Of a stretch of DNA of 32,170 nucleotides, positions 26,801 to 32,170 are shown piece after piece. A program made the translations under genes and the position numbers. A model generated the notes under the pieces. It ran no database searches and had not been told where the DNA came from. It saw only the letters and a list, made by a program, of their open reading frames with translations. How positions within the stretch are numbered: the first letter of the stretch is position 1; the number at the start of each line of letters is the position of its first letter. Location: IMG/VR virus record IMGVR_UViG_3300025160_000016, positions 1 to 32,170 of that record; one strand, given 5' to 3'. Source of the stretch: a virus (Duplodnaviria > Caudoviricetes).

Positions 26801-27300
26801 CCGGATTGGAAGTTAGCCCGCTTGCAGGGGCAGGGAACGCTACGCTTACGATCACTTGGGTTTTGACGGGCCTGGCCGCCGGAAGCTACAACGGAAATGT
26901 CCAGTGTACCGATCCGACCGCCACTAATACGCCATTCAACATCCCGGTGACACTGGAACTGACAGGCTCCGATCCGCAGATTTCCGTGGATACCAACAGC
27001 CCAACAATGGACAGTCAGACGAATGCCGGAAGAACTCAAGTTATCACAGTGACGAACATTGGCGGCTTCCACGCAGATTGGGCATGGAGTGTGGTTGTGC
27101 TGGGAGATGAGTGCGGCTTGACGATCACCCCCACAACTGGAGGAACCGGAGAGACATTTACGATTTCCGCAAGTCCTCCTGCTGGCGTCAACGGTAGATG
27201 TACCGATCAAATACGGATTCTCGATAATTATGACGGCCAACTCATCATGCAAGTTGCGTTCACGGTTCGGCGATTCCTCCCGCTGAGGATAGGGCCATGA
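23785..27300 (+). CDS. Secreted multidomain protein: heparinase II/III-like lyase, E1-FCCH-like inserts and C-terminal BACON-like repeats
   Basis: Signal peptide MLSKVKWLVLLLLCAATLQA|; PEGWEYG, ARSSW, NHWHN; ITSISTANPAVVTTPVAHNL; repeats such as PTAFTFNATEGGANPATQSLSITN...AWL...NSPQVVNVTL. Confidence 0.75.
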   Translation: MLSKVKWLVLLLLCAATLQAATINCTHPCLEPTRVANAAAHEAANTAQWIAFKANLDQHLTDTVGDPDSFALYYHITGNATYGAKVAPFMWQVVRTKEQEYRITSISTANPAVVTTPVAHNLTNGATIWIMGATGDWAALNSAHIATVTGTTTFTIPVDTSLYMGAFPATITAFIGNPNLNIEGDWWRNNAYAFALGYDLARDLIVGDERDALIFFLAAEVQGSFNEWLGNTTQENVGGNINSGYLRTNIAVTIALKDDWVDAQSTYDTLRDLVGTYMIPALNGLPWKGGATPEGWEYGRQAVNMMLTALINIEAGTGEDVWALVENWPEDQLDHLLSSISPTVSVKNSFFWPQYGDLLTQNQIAYNDLDRAMISGLYSYFKTINPDATRAAYALYWLQNMKDEYNNDTYLIYEVMRLTAGGSTATDWRTGTNLTQYLASGMGIMSARSSWATDANWLTCFAGIRATNHWHNTSGACDWYRGATKLSVTDNGYNGIFKQQVVKNGPQVGVYPYVNGPVPGNTLGVFGQDVTSRYRAVPGTSSHVRYDGTLHWKRVTPGSMPEVDLVQSNFLYINPNFLVLFRHHTCEAPGCFATDQFQTPAAPATVGIVGDRITITNGDNKLFINGVYPTDLNYIERDNNKHHVLNYRKSNPALLLMDSIHTKRFPFTLILTGATDECTDFNGTWTATVPSGGVNNGFSEHGVTIPYDATSETCDMSDQDIETDLVVNGNNQPNGDRVDSISPTISEETYRFYVYESGDGSAVASTVTALTNLTNAIGAEFGDQVVAARTGASETATLIFNFNPTGSKTVRILGNTPSTGYARSVVGSTFTLSSPGSDVTADSAGVILTDDAGGTPTPFIGLAPTAFTFNATEGGANPATQSLSITNQGGGSLGAWTAAGSQAWLTCAPALGTDDATCAVTIDTTGLADMTYNETLTITAAAASNSPQVVNVTLVLSPAPVPTIAATPTSLAFMAALGDMDPSDTVAIDGGAVALGSWTCGVTAGAGLEVSPLAGAGNATLTITWVLTGLAAGSYNGNVQCTDPTATNTPFNIPVTLELTGSDPQISVDTNSPTMDSQTNAGRTQVITVTNIGGFHADWAWSVVVLGDECGLTITPTTGGTGETFTISASPPAGVNGRCTDQIRILDNYDGQLIMQVAFTVRRFLPLRIGP

Positions 27301-27309
27301 GGATGTACA

Positions 27310-27864
27310 ATGAGTAATATCAGTAAAGTCCGTACTCTTAGTGGTGATCCCATTCTCTATGGTAAAACTATCCTCACAGGAGATGGTGTATCGGTTCGAT
27401 TTCAAGTACTTAACTTTCCAATATATCCAGATACGGAGAATGTAGATGATGGGGGTAGTCCTTCACCTGAGTACACAATGGATGATTCTGTTGGACTTAT
27501 CACGTTTACTGCTGCCCCAGCCAATACCGAAAGTGTAACCGTTACATATAAGCACTCCCTTTTGACTGATGCCGAGATACAGGATTTCTTGGACCTTGAG
27601 GATGATGATGTGAAATTGGCTGCTGCTGACGCTTTGGACTCTATTGCATCATCTCAAGCTCTCATCCAAAAGAAGATCAAGGTTTTAGACCTGCAAACAG
27701 ATGGTCCGGCGTTAGCTGATGCCTTGCATAGATTAGCTGCTGATTACAGAAAGCAGGTTTTGGATGCGGATATGCAAGGTGCCGACTTCGATTACGCCGA
27801 GCAAATCAATGATGCTCCTGGATTCTATGAGAAAGTTATTAAGGATTGGATGAGAGAAGGATAA
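27310..27864 (+). CDS. Head-to-tail adaptor protein
   Basis: C-terminal LLTDAEIQDFL...AAADALDSIAS...DLQTDGPALADALH pattern; position after the head genes. Confidence 0.7.
   Translation: MSNISKVRTLSGDPILYGKTILTGDGVSVRFQVLNFPIYPDTENVDDGGSPSPEYTMDDSVGLITFTAAPANTESVTVTYKHSLLTDAEIQDFLDLEDDDVKLAAADALDSIASSQALIQKKIKVLDLQTDGPALADALHRLAADYRKQVLDADMQGADFDYAEQINDAPGFYEKVIKDWMREG
27534..27546. repeat. Dispersed palindrome copy 14 (TGTAACCGTTACA)
   Basis: Reads VTVT in the adaptor gene. Confidence 0.95.
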
Positions 27865-27871
27865 ATAATAC

Positions 27872-27900
27872 TTGACAAGTCTCGTCTTTGATGATAGAAT
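27872..27900 (+). promoter_or_regulatory. Sigma70-type promoter with extended -10
   Basis: TTGACA (27872-27877), 17 bp spacer, TGn-TAGAAT (27895-27900). Confidence 0.8.
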
Positions 27901-27921
27901 CTCTAAAGGCAAAGGGGATGG

Positions 27922-28305
27922 ATGCGCCAATTATTTGATAATCGGCTGAGGGCCAGTATTCAGGATGCCTTTCCCTCGCGCTGCACTATTGTTGCTCAGG
28001 ATTACACTGTTAATGCCGCTAATCAAAAGGTACAGAGTGGTGAGACTGCCGTTGCTGGCCTTACTGATATTTATTGTAGGATAGGGCCATTGATTGAGAT
28101 TAGACCCACAGACTCAGAGAGCCGCAAGTCTGATATCTCATCTCTGAGGACAGCCCGCCAGTGTAAGCTGCTAGGTCATTTCCCGCAGATTCAAGCTAAT
28201 GTTCATAGGGCGGTAGTGGATGGCGTGTCCTACCCTATCGTTGGGATTGAGGCTGATGGCAGTCAGATCAGTACCAGGATGAGGCTAGAGGTTATAATCC
28301 CGTAA
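27922..28305 (+). CDS. Head-to-tail stopper/closure protein
   Basis: Size, synteny and the C-terminal RAVVDGVSYPIVGIE pattern. Confidence 0.65.
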   Translation: MRQLFDNRLRASIQDAFPSRCTIVAQDYTVNAANQKVQSGETAVAGLTDIYCRIGPLIEIRPTDSESRKSDISSLRTARQCKLLGHFPQIQANVHRAVVDGVSYPIVGIEADGSQISTRMRLEVIIP

Positions 28306-28772
28306 TGGCTGACATACGAGTAACTACCACTCCGGTATCACGTACTCCTACTCCGTCAGGATTCCAAGGCCAAGTTGGTGTCCGGCTTAACACCTTTGGA
28401 ATGAGTAAGTTAGAGATTGGAGTCAATGGTGAGGCTCTGGCTGAGATTACCCTAGATGCCCTACAGCCCAGTTTGCAAGAGGCTCTTGGGAATTGGCCTG
28501 TACTTACCGGGGCTAGTAGGGACTCTCTATCCACGGACATAATCGAGATTGGCCCTCGCATGGCTAGAGCCGTACTACAGGTTGGGGGTGAGAAGCTAAT
28601 CAACGATTCCCGCAACAAGTCACATCGGGATTATGCACCTTATATTGAGTTTAACGGTACAGCTACGGCCCCGCCTGGAATCATATTTAGTGCTGTAGAG
28701 GGTCGGCGGGACGAGATCAGAGCAGAGATTCATTCTAAGGTTTCTGAGTTAATCAGGAGTCTCCTTACATGA
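28305..28772 (+). CDS. HK97 gp10-like neck protein
   Basis: PVLTGASRDS and DYAPYIEF motifs; synteny. Confidence 0.7.
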   Translation: MADIRVTTTPVSRTPTPSGFQGQVGVRLNTFGMSKLEIGVNGEALAEITLDALQPSLQEALGNWPVLTGASRDSLSTDIIEIGPRMARAVLQVGGEKLINDSRNKSHRDYAPYIEFNGTATAPPGIIFSAVEGRRDEIRAEIHSKVSELIRSLLT

Positions 28773-29167
28773 TTAGCCGTGTAGCCGCAGTCATAACCTT
28801 ACTGAACGATCAATTCTCTAGTCCTCAAATGGCCGGGATTAGCCCGGTTCCTTTACCTTCAGACGCGGGCGATCCTTATGTTACGGTCCAAGAGATTCTA
28901 GCTCAAGAGCTAGAGAGCCTTACTGGTCAGAGTGGTATGGCCCGCTCCACTATCCAAGTGAATGTATGGAGCCATGACTATGAGGTAGCTTATGCCCTGA
29001 GAGAAGCTATCAAATCCTACCTATTTGGGTTCTCTGGCAGCGTAGGTGGATCACCCCCGGATGCTGTCATTGGTTCTGTCAATCATCGGGGGGATCGAGA
29101 ATTACAGGACGGCTCTATTGAACGTCACCAGCTAATTTCAAGGTTTTTGATATGGTGGGAAGCGTAA
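28769..29167 (+). CDS. Tail terminator (DUF3168-like)
   Basis: PYVTVQEI and IQVNVWSHDYEVAYALREAIK; synteny. Confidence 0.75.
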   Translation: MISRVAAVITLLNDQFSSPQMAGISPVPLPSDAGDPYVTVQEILAQELESLTGQSGMARSTIQVNVWSHDYEVAYALREAIKSYLFGFSGSVGGSPPDAVIGSVNHRGDRELQDGSIERHQLISRFLIWWEA

Positions 29168-30570
29168 CGGTTACACCTGATTGGCTTGGTGAGACAGTAG
29201 TTTTGATCGGTGGTGGGCCATCCCTAACAAAGCAGGATGTGGATTATTGTAAAGGTAAGGCTAGGGTTATCGCTATCAATGATGCCTACAGACTAGCTCC
29301 GTGGGCTGATATTCTGTACGCTTGCGATGGCGCTTGGTGGGACTTACATAACAAGGATGTTACGAATCAGTTCAAAGGTGCAAAATGGACTTGTAGCTTG
29401 GATGCGGCTACCAAATATAATCTGAACCATATAAGGCATAAGTCTAATCCAGGTTTGTCTTTTGACCCCATGCTAATTCATAACGGCAATAACTCAGGGT
29501 ATCAAGCCCTGAACTTGGCAGTTTTATTGGGAGCCAAAAAGATAGTGCTTATTGGATTTGATATGATGGTGCGGCCTCATAAGTCTCACTGGTTTGGGGA
29601 TCATCCAAGGGGACTGAGCCAAATATCTAGTCAGGGGTTACAGAAATTCATAACTGCCTTTAATAGCTCCCTGACTGATCTACATAAAGCTCAGGTTTCT
29701 GTTATCAACTGTAGTCGGCATACAGCCTTAACTTGCTTCCCTCGTGCTGATATACAAGATGCCTTTGACTCTTATAGGTCAATGTTAGAAGCTGCGCCCT
29801 TACTAGAAGTTGTATGCAAATCAGTTCCAACATCCTACTCTGTCCCTATAGAAAAAACCAGTCCTAGGTTTGCCCAGGCTTGGGCTAGAGGTTGTGGTGG
29901 AGTAGTTGATACGTCCGGTAGGTTAGCTCCTGGGGCTGTGGCTATGTTTGGCTCCCCTGCCAGATGGGATATACTAAGGCAAGCTATCGGAGAGGGTAGG
30001 GACTGGTACTATGCGGATCACGCATACTTCGGGAGATTTGAATACTATAAGGTAACTAAGAATGCTTATCAGTTATCGAGCAACCATTTAGGTTTAGGCC
30101 CGAATGCTTATAGATTTGACCGCCTTAAGGTAGAAATTAAACCGTGGCGCAATTCTGGGGATTTCATTTTAGTTTGCCCCCCCGATGAGAAGTTTGCTAA
30201 ATTACATAGATTTAATGGGTTAGAGTGGCTTAGTCATGTATGCTCCGCTATCTCAGGATTTACAGATAGACCCTTGATGGTTAGACAGAGGGAAGATATA
30301 ACATACTCTAATACTTTATCCTCTGACCTAGTTGGAGCTTGGTGTATGGTGACGTATGTATCCAACGCCGCCGTAGAGTCCGTGTGTGCTGGGGTTCCAG
30401 TGATTTGCCTCGGTGATTGCGCGGCGTCTATTATGGGCAGTAACAATCTAGCCGACATAAATGATCCGCCAACACCTGATGGGCGTAGAGAGTGGGCATC
30501 CAGATTAGCGGCTAATCAATGGACCATGCAAGAGATAGCATCTGGTATGGCTTGGAGGGAGTTGCAATGA
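29152..30570 (+). CDS. Two-domain glycosyltransferase-like protein (DUF115/Maf-like N-domain plus capsule-synthesis-like GT-B C-domain)
   Basis: IGGGPSL, IAINDA, GNNSGYQALNLAVLLGAKKIVLIGFDM; C-terminal VTYVSNAAVESVCAGVPV. Confidence 0.7.
   Translation: MVGSVTVTPDWLGETVVLIGGGPSLTKQDVDYCKGKARVIAINDAYRLAPWADILYACDGAWWDLHNKDVTNQFKGAKWTCSLDAATKYNLNHIRHKSNPGLSFDPMLIHNGNNSGYQALNLAVLLGAKKIVLIGFDMMVRPHKSHWFGDHPRGLSQISSQGLQKFITAFNSSLTDLHKAQVSVINCSRHTALTCFPRADIQDAFDSYRSMLEAAPLLEVVCKSVPTSYSVPIEKTSPRFAQAWARGCGGVVDTSGRLAPGAVAMFGSPARWDILRQAIGEGRDWYYADHAYFGRFEYYKVTKNAYQLSSNHLGLGPNAYRFDRLKVEIKPWRNSGDFILVCPPDEKFAKLHRFNGLEWLSHVCSAISGFTDRPLMVRQREDITYSNTLSSDLVGAWCMVTYVSNAAVESVCAGVPVICLGDCAASIMGSNNLADINDPPTPDGRREWASRLAANQWTMQEIASGMAWRELQ
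29163..29175. repeat. Dispersed palindrome copy 15 (CGTAACGGTTACA)
   Basis: Contains the stop of 28769..29167 and reads VTVT in the next gene. Confidence 0.95.
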
Positions 30571-31280
30571 TACTCTATAAAGAAGGCCGCTGGTGGTTGC
30601 CGGATGGGGAGCAGCATCTACAAGAGTGGATGAACAAGGTAAACCACACTGAAATTGCAAATGGTGAATCTCGCTTAACCTACCAATACCATAAGTACAA
30701 AGTGGCTATGGAATATGTCAGGAGCCGTAGGCACTTCGTAGATGTTGGTGCCCATGTTGGACTTTGGTCATGGGTTATGGCCCGAGATAGTGTAACGGTT
30801 ACATCTTTTGAGCCTATGCCGGAGCATTGTCAGTGTTGGGCTGAGAATATGAAACACTGTTCTAATGCCAGACTTCAACCTTATGCCCTTGGCGCAGAGC
30901 AGGGGAGGGTTAGAGTCAAGACTAGAACCCCCGGCAGTTCTGGCGATACAGGAGTTGACCCCATAGCCGAAAGGTCTAGTTTGAGGGCCACTATTCAAGA
31001 GGATGGACATCTGGCAGAGTTACGCACACTAGACTCATTCGATCTACAAGATGTTGATTTCATTAAGATTGACTGTGAGGGCTATGAGTTATATGTCCTC
31101 CAAGGTGCGGTTGAGACTATACTGAAGTGGAAGCCTTGTCTCATAGTGGAACAGAAGCCGGAGACTGGTATGGCTGACAGGTATGGGCTTGCTGCCAAGG
31201 ATTCAATCAAGTTCATGGACAGGTTAGGGGCTAGGATGAGGAAGGTAATCCAAGGGGATTATATCTTTAGCTTTGATTAG
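30567..31280 (+). CDS. FkbM-family SAM methyltransferase
   Basis: VDVGAHVGLWS, SFEP, TLDSF, DFIKIDCEGYELYVLQGA. Confidence 0.9.
   Translation: MILYKEGRWWLPDGEQHLQEWMNKVNHTEIANGESRLTYQYHKYKVAMEYVRSRRHFVDVGAHVGLWSWVMARDSVTVTSFEPMPEHCQCWAENMKHCSNARLQPYALGAEQGRVRVKTRTPGSSGDTGVDPIAERSSLRATIQEDGHLAELRTLDSFDLQDVDFIKIDCEGYELYVLQGAVETILKWKPCLIVEQKPETGMADRYGLAAKDSIKFMDRLGARMRKVIQGDYIFSFD
30791..30803. repeat. Dispersed palindrome copy 16 (TGTAACGGTTACA)
   Basis: Reads VTVT in the FkbM gene. Confidence 0.95.
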
Positions 31281-31289
31281 GGGTACAAA

Positions 31290-32051
31290 ATGGGATTTGG
31301 GGATGAGATCATGGCATCCGGCCATGCCAGAGTTGAATCAGAGAGGTTAGGTGGTGGGAAGATTCATATTCTCGGCACAAATCATAGGGCACGCAATCAC
31401 GAGGTTTGGTGGGATTTGCCTTGGATAGCTGTTAAGGATGAGAAATCTGTTGGGTCTGTGCATAATGCTAGTGGGTGCCGCCCTTATATTACCTACCCGT
31501 TTACTATACATACTGGTTGCACCTACTCAGGTTGGAGAGCCAGAGACTATATGGGGGCCATCTATCTTAGGGGGTATGAGGTAGATCACGCTAGGTCTCT
31601 TGTTGGTCATCTAGGCCAATTCGCCCTAGTAGAGCCTGAGCTTAAGGAAGGCTCTAACCCCAACAAACAATGGGGATTACTGAAATGGGGCAGGCTGACT
31701 GACATGCTAGTTAAAGCTATGCCAGTAGTGCAAACGCTTATGCCCGGTAAGAAAGCCCTACCTGGGGTTATAGGCATTCGTTGTGATACCTTCCGTATAG
31801 CAGCCGCCGTGTTAAGTTTGGCTCATGTTCTGGTTCTTCCTGAAGGTGGGCTACATCATGCAGCCGCCGTACTGGGTAAGCCCGCTGTGGTCCTGTTCGG
31901 GGGGTCACCGTCACCCGAATACACAGGATACCCTATCCATACCAACATAGCTGCCGACAAACATTGTGGGGCTTGGCTACCCTGTAAACACTGTGCCCAG
32001 TTCTGGGATGGCCTAACTCCTGAGTATGTGTATTCCACTATCAAAGTGTAA
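31290..32051 (+). CDS. GT9-like (heptosyltransferase-fold) glycosyltransferase
   Basis: MGFGDEIM, NKQW, EGGLHHAAAVLGKPAVVLFG and a C-terminal CGAWLPCKHC. Confidence 0.8.
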   Translation: MGFGDEIMASGHARVESERLGGGKIHILGTNHRARNHEVWWDLPWIAVKDEKSVGSVHNASGCRPYITYPFTIHTGCTYSGWRARDYMGAIYLRGYEVDHARSLVGHLGQFALVEPELKEGSNPNKQWGLLKWGRLTDMLVKAMPVVQTLMPGKKALPGVIGIRCDTFRIAAAVLSLAHVLVLPEGGLHHAAAVLGKPAVVLFGGSPSPEYTGYPIHTNIAADKHCGAWLPCKHCAQFWDGLTPEYVYSTIKV

Positions 32052-32059
32052 CGGTTACA
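32047..32059. repeat. Dispersed palindrome copy 17 (TGTAACGGTTACA)
   Basis: Contains the TAA stop of the GT9-like gene. Confidence 0.95.
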
Positions 32060-32170
32060 GTTTTGGTGTTACAAGATAGGCACTCTTTTATCCTACATAC
32101 TACGTTTATCCTGTCTAGTATAATGGTGTTGGTGATCCATAAGTGCCTGAGCCTCTTATAGTTATCCCTG

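Noticed and set aside
1223-32059. Palindrome copies as a CRISPR array, integron attC sites or IS ends
   Set aside because: The copies are only 13 bp, kilobases apart and often inside essential ORFs. No cas, integrase or transposase gene is present in the window.
1-32170. tRNA/rRNA genes, introns/inteins and alternative genetic code
   Set aside because: No cloverleaf or rRNA-like segments were recognised. terL, portal and capsid are uninterrupted in the standard code, and TAG, TGA and TAA all act as stops.

Overview
A 32 kb segment of a tailed dsDNA phage (Caudoviricetes, probably a siphovirus). The host may be in Acidobacteriota, inferred from a Zn-ribbon/XRE regulator and BACON-repeat secreted proteins. 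Layout: (1) + strand replication block, with the 3' part of a family A DNA polymerase, small genes, a degenerate dUTPase-like gene and a SleB-type hydrolase (1-4323); (2) - strand early block of small genes, an HNH endonuclease and a ParB-family gene (4383-10558); (3) a non-coding GTAC/CTAG-rich region and divergent promoters with an XRE regulator (10600-11950); (4) + strand morphogenesis block, with terS, terL, a membrane/holin-like cassette, portal, scaffold/protease, DUF2190-like protein, major capsid, three large signal-peptide proteins, head-tail joining genes and a glycosyltransferase/methyltransferase cassette. The main unexplained signal is a 13-bp palindrome, YGTAAC(G/C)GTTACR. By manual scan there are 17 copies plus one near copy, at gene ends, in promoters and inside essential ORFs. 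An orphan ParB-family protein is the candidate binder, suggesting a KorB/Noc-like genome-wide binding-site system. Protein family calls come from motif recognition, not database searches.
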